Assembly (NCBI RefSeq): GCF_009914755.1 | Contig: NC_060932.1 | DNA length: 64,000 bases | From: the human T2T-CHM13v2.0 reference genome, Homo sapiens | Reading direction: 5' to 3' (one strand) | Part shown: positions 1 through 20,720 of the stretch, piece by piece | Layout of the letters: every line of letters begins with the position of its first letter | How positions within the stretch are numbered: position 1 is the first letter of the stretch | Made by a program: the position numbers and the translations under genes | Notes under the pieces: generated by a model | Told to the model about the DNA's origin: nothing | Seen by the model: the letters and a program-made list of their open reading frames with translations, nothing else | Databases searched by the model: none

Positions 1-718
<718 letters not shown>

Positions 719-1204
719 TAATGCTTTTTTGATATCAGCCATGGACTGCTGGCTTTCTTTGGCAAATTCTGAGAAGGATCACCTCTTTACCAGGCTTTGG
801 GTGTGGAGAAGCCACAGGTGAGGGCGGAGATACTGCAACCATTCCCCATGGGGCAGGACACAGGGCCTCTCAGGTGTGGCAGGATAAGTGGCCACACATG
901 CAGAGCCAAGCTTCAGAGCTGGCTTTGAAAGGAGGTTCTCACTCCCCAGCCCCAAAGGTGGCTCCCCCAAAGATCAGGCATGTGGAACGCATTTCACTCT
1001 CAGCTTTCAGAATACCCACTGCATTAGAGGGGATTCATTTGGGCTAATAAGGCTTGGAAGCCATTTGGCAGATTTATGTTTCAGAGAGAGGTTCTCCAGG
1101 GCAGTGGAGCCAACAAAATTCGGAAACAGCAAGGTCAGTTCAGCTCTGTTAACTAATTCAACACAAGTCCGTTAAATCAATGCCAGGCAATGGGCCTTGT
1201 TCTA

Positions 1205-1340
1205 GCTGAGTGCTCCTCAACCTCTGCTTTGTACCCAAATCACCTGGAATCTGCTTACGACAGACAGATTCCCTAAGTCTGGGTCGGGTCTGAGATTCCG
1301 CATTTCCAACAAGTCCATGAGTGCTGCTGATGCTGCCAGG
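1205..1340. mobile_element. MER5-like hAT fragment (further copies at about 13135-13285 and 24425-24600)
   Basis: aatcacctgg...ctgagattccgcatttccaacaag...tgctgatgctgc. Confidence 0.6.
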
Positions 1341-1559
1341 GAGTCACCAGGCCCTTGCTGTCCTGCCAGCATTTGCTACCCCCCTAAGTCTCCTGCAAAA
1401 CCCCCCTCACTGCCTGCCAACAGGAGCAGAGAGTGTATTGAGGACCACATGACATATTGAGACCTCTCTTCCCACAGTGGAGAAGTCTTCCAGTCCGTGC
1501 ATGGATGATGCCACCACTGGCTAAATGTCCTCTTCTCCAGCAGTTGAAACAGTAGCTTT

Positions 1560-1862
1560 GGCTGGGCACAGCAGCTCACGCCTGTAATACCAGCACTTTG
1601 GGAGGCTGAGGCAGGAGGATTGCTTGAGACCAGGAGTTTGAGACAAGCCTGGCAACATGGCAAAACCCCGTCTCTACAAAGAATACAAAAAGTAGCTGGG
1701 CATGGTGGCACACACCTGTAGTCCCAGCTACGTGGGAGGCTGAGGTGGGAGGATCACCTGAGCCCAGGAAGTGGAGGTTGCAATGAACTGAGATCTCGCC
1801 ACTGCACTCCAGCCTGGGTGACAGAACACCCTGTCTAAAAACAAACAAACAAACAAAACAAA
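1560..1862 (+). mobile_element. Alu
   Basis: Full dimer with A-rich tail. Confidence 0.92.
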
Positions 1863-2141
1863 ATGAACCCCAGCAGCTTCGACATCCCTCCCTCATGTGC
1901 AGCTGTACCTGGGTGATATGAGACGACACAGACAGGGAGGGATCCCACCTTCCTGCTGGAGAGTTGCCTGGGACTGTTAACAGACCTGCTCCTAAGGAGC
2001 CCTGTTCAAGGACCAAAAGACCTAGAGGCCCTGGAGCTCCAGACTAGTACCCTCTGCCCATCTCTAGGATTATCTCCTTATAAAAGTTCATTATTCCAAA
2101 TTGAGAGATCAAAACACAAGTAGGTTCAAAAGAGTTTAGCT

Positions 2142-2206
2142 TCACGCCACTGCACTCCAGCCTGGGCAACAGAGCAAGACTCTGTCTCAAAAAAAAAAAA
2201 AAAAAA
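2142..2206 (+). mobile_element. Severely 5'-truncated Alu with 14-bp TSD
   Basis: aaaagagtttagct at 2128-2141 and 2203-2216. Confidence 0.9.
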
Positions 2207-2544
2207 GAGTTTAGCTAACTTCCTGATGGACATATTCAGAAAACGCCACTAAGACGGGAAATCCAGCTGGCTGGAGAGTAAGCACTCCTCCTCAGGCAGG
2301 CCTTTCTGTCCTCCTCCATCCACTGCTGGACCCTGATCCAGTCCACTGGGGCATTTCTTATGCTCCCTGGTACCCGCTACTGTCTGTGCCACCTCGGCCA
2401 TCACCTTGGGTCCCTGTTCAGCCCCCTCACCCCCTCCTAACAAGGGGTGCAGTTGCAGAGGGGCCTCTGAACAATATCAAATGAATAATGCCTATGTCTG
2501 TAGTGACTAAATTCTACAGTCCGGAGCTGCCATTTTTCTTGTTC

Positions 2545-2760
2545 TAGAGCTGTGCATCCAATATGGTAGTCACCAGACACATATGGATATTTAAATTTAC
2601 AATTATAATTAAATAAATTTTAAAATTCAACTTCTTGGTAGCACAAGCCACATTCTAAGTGCACAAGGGCCACATTTGACTAGTGGCTACAGTATTGGGT
2701 GGTGTAGATGTACAATGTTTCCATCCTTGCAGAAAATTCTACTGGACAGTGCAATCTAGA
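2545..2760. mobile_element. MER3/MER33-like hAT element
   Basis: tccaatatggtagtcacc...ttctactggacagtgc with imperfect terminal inverted repeats. Confidence 0.65.
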
Positions 2761-3018
2761 TGTTTCTCCCCAAAACCCACTAAGGTCATAGAATGCCTTT
2801 GGGTGTTTTAGGAAAAGGCCCCTCTTCCTCAAGACATCTTACTGACCCCTACAGGAAAAACATAGAAATAAATATACAAATCTACAACCACTGATAAATG
2901 GCACCCGAGAGCTGTGCAGCGCACAACCTGCACCTTCATCTGCAACAGCCCTGATGAAAGTCCTTCACTGGTCCTTTGAGTTTCACTTATCTCTGTTTTC
3001 TCCATTTTCAAAGGCCCC

Positions 3019-3660
3019 TGCTATGAACTGGATGTTTGTGTTGCTCCAAAATCCATGTGCTGAAGCCCTTTCCCCAGTGTGATGTATTTGGAGGTTGGGC
3101 CTTTGGGAGACCCATTAGGTTTAGATGACGTCAATACGGTAGAACCCCCATGGTGGGATTAGCGCCCTTATAAGAAGATGAGGAGACCAGAGCTTTCTCG
3201 CCACATGCACACACCAAGGAGAGGCCATGTAAGGACATGACCTGGAAGAGGCCCTTACCAAGAACCCGACCATGCTGGCACCTTGATCTCAGACTTCCAG
3301 CCTCCAGAACTGTAAGGAATAAGTGTCTGTCTGTGGGTTTTTTTTTTTTTTTTTTTTTTTGGATGAAGTCTTGCTCTGTCGTCCAGGCTGGAATGCAGTG
3401 TCATGATCCGGGTTCAAGCGATTCTCCTGTCTCAGCCTCCTAAGTAGCTGGGATTACAGGCACCCCCCAACGATGCCCAGCTAATATTTGTATTTGTAGT
3501 AGAGATGTGGTTTCACCTTGTTGGCCAGGCTCATCTCTAACTCCTGACCTCAAGTGATCCGCCTGCCTCGGCCTCCCAAAGTTCTGGGATTACAGGCGTA
3601 AGCCACCGCACCCGGCTGTCTGTGGTATTTTTGTGAGAGCAGACTGAGCTGAGTGAGACA
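3019..3660 (+). mobile_element. MLT1A-like MaLR LTR split by an Alu
   Basis: gcccttataagaaga, ctggcaccttgatctcagacttccagcctccagaactgtaag. Confidence 0.75.
3338..3617 (-). mobile_element. Alu
   Basis: Alu consensus within the MLT1 LTR. Confidence 0.9.
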
Positions 3661-3681
3661 GCCTCTTATCTTCTTTTTCCT

Positions 3682-3703
3682 GGGGGGGGGGGGGGGGGGG
3701 GGG
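3682..3703 (+). repeat. Poly-G (G22)
   Basis: Direct count. Confidence 0.95.
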
Positions 3704-3724
3704 TGGGATTTTGCAGTTGTTCCT

Positions 3725-3960
3725 TGTATTAGTTTCCTGTGGCCTTTGAAACAAATGACCACAAACTGGGTGGCTTAAAACAATAGAAGTGTATTCTCAC
3801 AATTTTGGAGGCAGGAGTCTAAAGTCAAGGTGGCCTGCAATCTCTCCAAAGCCTCCCTTCCTTACCTCTTCCAGCTCCTGGTGGTTCTAGGCCTTCCTTG
3901 TCTTGAGGCTGCATAACTCCAATCTCTGTCTCTGTCTTCAGCAGGCCTTCTCCTCCTATA
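3725..3960 (-). mobile_element. MLT1-family LTR fragment
   Basis: tgtattagtttcctg...ccacaaactgggtggcttaaaacaatagaag. Confidence 0.7.
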
Positions 3961-5767
3961 TCACCTCATCCAGCCAATATATGTGCATTATCAAGTAAAT
4001 GAAGACATGATTGAAGTTAAAGGTTAGAAGAAACAGAGCTGTCTCTCTTCCCTCCCAGCTCTCCTTCCTCAAGCCTTCCCAAACCCTACCCCCAACTCAC
4101 TAATTCTCTCCCCACCCCACACAGAATTGAAAGTTTCTTGGCATTTTACTGCTGTAAGGCGATGATGAGGGGGAAACACAGTGACCCAATATGATGGGAG
4201 TGTCAGAAAGTATGAGAAATAGCCAAGGCCAAAAGGGGAAGATAAGGAAGGCTTGACTCCCTCTGTGTGGAGAGATCTGAGGACGACTAAAGGGCAGGGC
4301 CAACACCTGGAATCCCTTGTAGGGTGGGAGGTTCTTCATGAGAGCCAATATCCCTAAGTTTCACCAAACTCAATTAAACACACAGGTCAGATTTATGAGG
4401 CTGGTCACCAGGGAGTGTGGTTTTCAGTCTGTCAGAATTACCAAATGAGACATCCAAGGACAGGAACCGGCAACAGTTCCCAACATGCTCAGGCCACTAT
4501 GGCCTGGCCCACACCGCATGCACTCAATTCTGTGGGAGGAAGCTTGAGGGCCTGGGAGCTGGAGTTCCTGGCGTGGACACAGAGAAGTACAGCTGTTTCC
4601 TTTCAGCTTTATTTTCTAGTGGAAATTTCACAAGCCAAGTTTTGGAGGTGGGGAGAGGTGGGGAAAGATGGGAATCTGACAATGTAGAATAACAGAGTTG
4701 ACAGTGGATGTTTCCTCCTGAGCTAAACCAGAATTTTCCTGGGCAGCAAAGAATAATAGAATGGGCCCAGGTTTTAGAGCCCAAGTGGTCTAGGTGGGAT
4801 CTTTGACCCCGCCACTTGCTAACGGTGTGCCCTAAGGGTAGTTCCATAACCTCTCTGAGCTTCGATTTTGTCTTCTGTGCAAAATAGGGCTGAAGCACCT
4901 CACAAGATTATCACAGAGATACTCTGCTACTGGACTGTCTTCCTTCCCTTCTCAGCTCTCTAATGAACGCTCTGGCCCACATTTTGGGTTGAGGCCTCCC
5001 AGGCAGGCCCACCCGCTTTGTTCCTGCCCTCTTCCCTCCCTGTTCACCTAGAAGGGACCCAAGAGCAGCTCCCAGGAAGGCCTGCCCCATCAGAGCTGGC
5101 TAGCAAGGGGCCTGCGGGGTTGCTGAGAAGACACCACTGCATTCTCACCCAGTGACCTTTCCCCAGGGCTCCTAGGGAGTGGGTGCTCACATCTCCCCTT
5201 CCCAGGGTACCTTTGGGTGGTGCACAAATAACCAGTTACTCAGCTCATGTCCCTGAATTGGCAGGACAGCCTTGTAGGCCCCAGGGACATTCAGTGACCT
5301 CAGTCTCAGAGAATGTGGGGGAATTCCATGAGAGGCAGGACTGCACAGCCCAGCCTGAAGGGAAGGTCAGGGCAGGCTGGGGAGTTGACAGAGCCAGCTG
5401 AGGTGTGGGGTGGTGTACTGTACCCCTGGGTGTCAGGGTGGCCCCCACAAGCCCAGGGAAGACAGCCAGCTGCGTGGTCTGCAGGCCAGGCGCACTTGCG
5501 GATGTTGCCACACTGAGCCTGCCTCTCCCGCACTGGGGACTGCCCCCAGAAGCCTGAATTGTTTTCAAGGCTTCCTACTGCAGCTGCTGGGCCCCGCCTG
5601 TTTCCTCCCGGGAGACATTGCTCAAAGAGAGGCCCAGGGCCTTTTCCCAGCCCCGGGGGGCCGCCCTGGAGCCAGGCCTCAGAGGTCTCAGCTCTGGAGT
5701 CCCTGCCAGCTGCTTCTCCAGAATTTGCTTCTCTGCCTTCTCCTACTGGGGTGGAGATGAAGAGTAT

Positions 5768-5942
5768 CTAGGATGGCCAGTTGGAGCAGATAACAATACA
5801 GGATGACCAGTTAAATGTGAATTTCAAGTAAACCGTAAACAATTCTTTATGATCAGTATGTCCCATGCAATATTCGAGACATACGAAAAAGTATTTGTTG
5901 TTTATCTAGAATTCAAATTTAATAGGCCACCTGGCAATCCTG
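5768..5942. mobile_element. MER53-like hAT element
   Basis: aggatggccag...ctggcaatcct ends; atacaggatgaccagttaaatgtgaatttc. Confidence 0.6.
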
Positions 5943-6024
5943 GCCTCACCTCATTTTTTAAATTCTAAGAATATCCCTCTTCTCAGCTTCTTATCTGTGG
6001 GGAGACACTTAGAAATAAGGGCAA

Positions 6025-6585
<561 letters not shown>

Positions 6586-7764
6586 CAAACATTTCTTAAA
6601 CTAAACTTTGTATTAACTACATATTACATAGTTCATTATTGTAATAAAATCTCCAGTGGCTAATTTGTTTTCTGTGCTTTTCTTTCTGTATTTTGTTACC
6701 CATATGTGTTTTGGAAATGTCCTGCTAGCGTATGGGAGACTACTCTATTCTTATCTAATTATCAATGCTGTTGAAGGAAAATATCCTTTTACCTTTCTCT
6801 CCTGTTCCTTTTAAGAAAAACCCAAGCACAAGCCTGTACTCTGTTTCCCCTGGAAAAGGAAGCTGCTAGGTGGGTCCCAGTGTTTTTGGGAGGGTGGCTC
6901 CTGGTGAGTGACAGACACCCCTGGTGTACGCAGAGTCTTAAATGTCTGCTCTGGACTTTGAGTATGTGAGGCCAGAGGCCCAATTCTACAGGCTGGGCCG
7001 GAGGAGGGCGTTTTTGGATGTTTTTAGGGCTGTGAGAATGTGTTCCCTTTATTTGTGCCTCCTTCTGCTTCTTTTCCCATCTTTTCTCCAAAGGAATAGA
7101 AATATCAATGTTCTAAAGTCCAGAGTCACAGGATGAGGGTGTTGGGGGTAGAGCTCCTCCAGGGCCTGCACAAAGGTCCCAGGTCTCTGCCTCTGAGCAT
7201 GTGGTGGGGACCTGAGTCACCTTGCAAATGCACCCCAGCTTGGAGAGCCTGCCCCGGCAGCTGCCCGACCCCTCCCAGGCCCAGCTGCTCCTCTAGGTCA
7301 CTCAGGAAGAAGCCTTGGGAACATCCTGGCCTGCCTGTGGCAGCACCCTGGCAGGGTACCAGCTTGGGGCCCTTCCTACCCTTGCGGGGAGCCAGCATTG
7401 GAACCACCCCGCTGAGTCTGGAAATCCTCAGTTTTCTGACGCAGTTCCTCCTCAGCCACGAACGCAGGCAGAGCCTCCCCGGGGGGGCCCTGCAGCTCAC
7501 CAGCTGCCGGTCTCTCCCCCAACCTCCCACGTCTCTTCCCACACCTGCCTTCCAGTATTCTCCAGCACTTTGTCAGGATGCCTTAATGAGGCTAGGTTGC
7601 AGCAGGCCAGCAGCATACTCACCTGGCTCAGGGAGTGTGACACAGCGTACGTGCTACCAAGAGCAGCTCCACTGAACTCCCATGTTGACAGCAGGGCCCT
7701 GCCTTCCCCGAACATGGGCTGGCAAGTTTCCTCCATCTCTCACCTTCTAAATCTACTAGGAAGC

Positions 7765-8805
<1,041 letters not shown>

Positions 8806-9084
8806 GTAAAGCATAGTGGATTTCTGTTTTGCTTTATGGCCACATTTGCATGAATCCTTTGAATGTTCCTCCTGCACTTGGAGAAAATCTCACAATAAAT
8901 GTCCCTGCCTCCCCAGGGTAGAAGCCAGAAACTCGAATTCTCAGCATCCCTTATGGTAGGGAATGGGCCATGGCCAGGCTCCACATCAGAGGGACTTGGG
9001 TGAGAGCCTGTGGAAGCAGGAGACCTCAGGTGCCTCAAGGGCGGGTGCTCCCCTCCGTGCTTTCGTACACTTTTCTATAGAAGT

Positions 9085-9530
9085 CACTGCAGATTGAATT
9101 GTGTCCACCCCCAAAAAAAGATGTGTTGGAGTCCTAACCCTCAGGATCAGAATGGGACCTCTTTTGGAAATAGGGTCTTTGCCAATGATCAAGTTAAGAT
9201 GAGGTCATGAGGGTGGACCCTAATCCAATGAGTCCTTATAAAAAGGGGAAATTGAACACAGAGGCAAACCTCACACAGGGAGAACCCCATGTAAAGATGA
9301 AGTCAGCATCAGCGTGATGTTTCTACAACACACAAATGCCAAAGATGGCGGCAAACCACCAGAAGAGAGAGGCAGGGAGCAGGTCCTCTATTACAGCCCT
9401 CAAGAGGAACCAGCCCTGCTGACACCTTGACCTTGGACTTCCAGCCTCCAGAACTGTGAGAGGATACATTGCTGTTGTTCAAGCCACCCAGATTGTGGTA
9501 TTTTGTTACAGCCACCTTAGCAAACTATAT
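9085..9530 (+). mobile_element. MLT1-family LTR
   Basis: tggaaatagggtctttgcc...gacttccagcctccagaactgtgagag...acagccaccttagcaaact. Confidence 0.8.
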
Positions 9531-10079
9531 GGAGGGGAAGCTCCTATGTGTTGTGTCAAATGTAAGCTCCTAAGAGCAGGAAATTGTGTCTGTTTTATTT
9601 ATTGGTGCATGAATGGTGCCCAAGAAATGTGTGTTCAATAAATGAATGTCTTCTCCATAATTCCCAATGCAGAACATACAGGATAGGAAAAGGCCAGTCT
9701 TTGAAAATCCCACACACTTCTTATCCATTACCCTCAGACCTCAGCTATGGTCCAGGGAGGGACTGTGCCTGCCAGTGCCCCGACAGACATCCACAGAGAC
9801 CTCTGATGCAGCGGGGTCTTGGGAGTTGGGTAGGCAGTGGGGCTGGTGGGTGGACATCCAGCCTTGTGGCTTTCAGGCCTATACCAAGAGCTGAAGAGAC
9901 CGTAGAGATCCTACTCCAACTCTTCCATTTAAAAACACAAAGCCCACAAGTCCCAATGAGTATTTAGGTATCTCCCTGACCCATCTCTTTCCACAGGGCA
10001 CAGCCACCCAAATCAGCCTCAGGCTTGGCTGAAAGATACATCAGCACGGACCATTTCAAATCTGTTCCATGCCATTTTT

Positions 10080-10082
<3 letters not shown>

Positions 10083-10165
<83 letters not shown>

Positions 10166-10185
10166 GTGTGTGTACATGTATGCAT
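10083..10185. repeat. Compound microsatellite (CT)n(AT)n(GT)n
   Basis: Read directly. Confidence 0.95.
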
Positions 10186-12074
10186 ATCTATTTTATGCTT
10201 GGCAGGGTCACACTGAGGAGGTGCTTCGTGGCAGGGAGCACTTCTGAGTTCTGAAGAGAAGGAATCCTGTTGCCTGTGGTCACACAGTGGCTCTCGTGAC
10301 ATGCTTCCCAGCCAGAAGAAGGGTCTGCACAACGTACTTGGCTAATCTAAGTGTGGTTAGGTTGGGAATCTTCTCTCCCTTGGACTCTGAGTGTGCAAGT
10401 GTATGTGTGCACCTGTGTGTGCGGGAGGGAGAATGTGGTAGGGGAGACCTAGGAAGGCCCCTCCCAGAGGAAGAGGTGAGGCCGCCTGCCCAGGCCTCTC
10501 TCCATCTGCCTGCGCAGCCCAGATCAGAATGAGGACCGAAGCCCCCACATGGGTCCCTGGGAGTCCAAGGGCACTGCCCAGAGGGGTTCAGCCTCCAGGC
10601 CACACCCAGGCTGGTCTGGGAATGACCCTCCTTTGTGTTAAGAAACATGAGCCTCCTGGATTCCACTTGGGGCTGGTGTGTCCCTCACAGAGAGCCCTTT
10701 GTGCCTGGGAGAGGGTTGGCCCCTATTCTGGCAGCCATCCAGATACTGCCTGCCTCGAGCCACCCTGCCCTGGGGCTCCCCACCATTCCTCCTCTCCAGC
10801 TGCACCTCCCTTCCTCCCAGGGTGCAGTCTCCTGCTGAGGGCAGGGCACCCAGGGGAGCCTGAGCTGTGCCAGAAGCATGACCCTGAGAGCCCCAGGCCA
10901 GAGACTCGGATGACGCCAAGGACTGCTGTCATGGAGAGGAGAGAGCTCTGGGGACAGCCCACATGTGGGGACAGCCCAAAAGAGTCGGGGCTTCTTGGCG
11001 GGCCCATTTCAGGGCATCAGGGATGAGAAACATCCATCAGGGCCAGGCCAGGGCTCCATGACTGCTGCTCTGAAGCAACAAAGCCCCCTACTCCACTTTC
11101 ATCTTGCCAGGGCAGAGGGTGGGCTACAGCGGGATCTGGCTTGTTGCTGGGAGACACCATCACTGAAGGTCCGCGATTATCATTGCAACTGTTCATGTTC
11201 CTTTAAAAAATTAAATTAAAAAAAAAAAACCCAACATGAGAAATCTCATGCTTGTCAGAGTCGTCCTCCCCCGCTGTCGGCTCCCATTATGAATCCGTGG
11301 CATTTTCTGCTGAGAGTTAATTACATGTTGTGTGAAAGATACCAGGCTTCCTTTAAAAATTTTTTCTCCTGGATGGGTTTTGACCCCGTCAGCTGCCTCC
11401 CTCTGCTTCCTCCCTGTGCAGCAGGAAAGAAGGGCATGCTTGGGGGAGGCACAGGCCTGATGTCCCGGCCCTCTGCTCCTCAGAGCCCGCGTTCCTCCCG
11501 CTGATTGCTCAAGGCCTCCCTGAACCCAGGCAGTTGTCACCCAGCGCCCGGAGAGCCCGCTCCTGCCAGAGCGCGGGGATCATGACAAAGCACAAATGGA
11601 GGTGCTATTTAAGGTGCCAAGCACTTAGCCCTCCACAGGCTGTTTCCTCTCACCCTCCTCCCTCACAAAAAGGGGGGTCAGGTGGAGGGAGGGGTGCAAA
11701 TGGCTTCCTGAAGCCATCCCTGTGAAGGCTCAAAAGGGAATGTGACCCCTCCAGGAGGCGAAAGGCAGAGCCTCCCAGTTGCTGGTTCTTTTTTTCTGCT
11801 TGCTCCCACACATAGACAAAAATTCTCATTCTCGAGATGGCTCATCTTTTCTCCTAAGAGGCGATGACCCGCTCCGGAAGCAAGTGTGGACTAATACCAC
11901 GAGTTATTGCCTCTCTGCAGTGTTGAATTTCACCTCTTTAAGAGATGGCCAGTGGCACAGCTGTTGGGACCTCTCAGAGCACGTTACAACACCCCTTGCT
12001 CTGACAAGTCACAGCGTCTCGGAGCTGGAAGGGCCTTCTCAGCCAACCCCTGCCCTGAACTCAGGCACATCTTA

Positions 12075-14567
<2,493 letters not shown>

Positions 14568-14988
14568 GCTCTTAGATTTAACAAAATGGAATAAGTATTT
14601 ATTAGGCTCTTTCAACACCTCCTGGATTAAAGCCTCATTCAGCAGCTCACACTTTGTCACTGATCAGGCCTCAGACGGATTCACTACCAGGGCCTCTCAG
14701 GCCCTAAGCCCCTGACTGTCAGGCTGGGAGGTTGAGCTACTGTTACATTCCTGACTACTCCTAGATCCGTCTTTTCTCTCGTGGCTTCTGAAAAGTTGCC
14801 CTCTCAGGTTGATCGTCTTGATCTTGGACAGAACTGGGACCTAAAGAACCCCATGTGCGTATTATACACTTAAGGAAGTTGTTACCTCAAGAGTTAAAAG
14901 TCTAACACATTTTCAGCCATCCTTTACCAAGTGCTCACTGGGTGCCACTTACTTCCTCATGTTCTCACAAAAGCCCTACAAGGTAGGC

Positions 14989-15864
14989 TGTGATATAATA
15001 AGAAACATATATTTGGTCTCTTCCCCCAATTCCTGGCCCCGAGCTCCTAAAACCTTTGCAATTTCCTGAACAATAGAGGTTCTAGGTGCATCTTTGGTTC
15101 TAATATTTTATCTTTGGCACAGGTTTCTGACACAGAGCTCCCAATCCCCTTGGCACTTCCTGGGTGACAGGAGCATCTTTTGTTCTAAGGAGATGACTCT
15201 CAGTGGACTCCTGGATGGGGGCTGGTCGCCAGAAAGACCAAGCCATGGTTAGAATCCTGGATCTTTCAGCCCTACTCCTCATTCCCTGAAGATGGGAGAA
15301 GGGCTGGAAATGGAGTTAATAATCGATCATGTCTATGTGATGAAGCTTCCATCAAAACCCCTGAACTATGGGAGTGTGGAGAGCTTGTGCACTGCTGAGT
15401 ACATGGAGGGTGGTGTCCCTGAGAGGACAAGGATGCTGTGTCCCTTCCCCCATTCCTTGCCCTCTGCATCTCTCCCATCTGGCGTTTCCTCTGTATCGTT
15501 TGTAATATTGTTATAATAAACTGGTAAATGTACCTAAAGTGCTTTCGTGAATTCTGTGAGCCACTCTAGCAAATGATCAAACCTGAAAAAGGGGTTATGA
15601 GAACCTCCGATTTATAGCAAACAGATCAGAAGATCCAGAAGCCCAGATTTGTGCCTGGCATCTGAAGTGGGGGGCTGAGCCTGAAACCCATGGGATCTGA
15701 CTTTAACTCCAGGTAAATGGTGTCAGAATTTAATTAAACTCTATACACCCAGCTGGTGTTGGAGAATTAGTTCTTGGGGGAAAACTTCTACCCCCGACAT
15801 TTGATCACCGAAGTATCCTGTTGGGTGTAAACAGAGAGAAAAGAAGTCTATTTTTTCCTTTACA
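14989..15864 (+). mobile_element. Solo LTR, MER21-like, inserted into a MIR
   Basis: TG...CA ends, tgtgatataataagaaacatatatttggtc start, internal AATAAA; MIR-like sequence on both flanks. Confidence 0.75.
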
Positions 15865-16098
15865 TAAGTACAACAATCTCTGTTTTACAATTTAAAAAAC
15901 TGAGGACCAGAAATACCAGCAGGCAGCCCAAGGTAGCAGAGCTTGTACATGGCAGAGCCAGAAGCAGAGTCAAGTCTTTTTAACACTGAGTGTCTGGCTG
16001 TCTGTTCTGTTAGGTAGTCAAGAATGGCTTAGAGGATCAGTGGAAGGCAGCTTGTCAGTAGAGTGATAAATGCTAACAAGGGATGCCAGATGTTTTGA

Positions 16099-16623
<525 letters not shown>

Positions 16624-16957
16624 AATTAAATTTCTAACACATGAACTTTGGAGGTCACATCCAAACCACAGCAAATTGCTCTTTGGAAAAAGTTTTGTGA
16701 AGAGAAGCAGCCTCTAATTTATTTTTAAATATGACATGCTAGCTTTAGTGAGGTTCGCTTGTGTTCCTGAGTGTGGGTTTACGCACAACAGGTTAGCTTT
16801 AGTGAGGTACACTTATATCCCTTTGACCCTCAGCCCTGGTTCCAATTGCTAGGTTAGGAGCTAAGGCTCTTTCTGCTGAACAGTTGCTGTGGGTCAAGCA
16901 GGATGATGTTGCCAGGCCAAAAAGCCTGGGCTAAACTCTCAGGCAAAGAGCAGGCAG

Positions 16958-20720
<3,763 letters not shown>

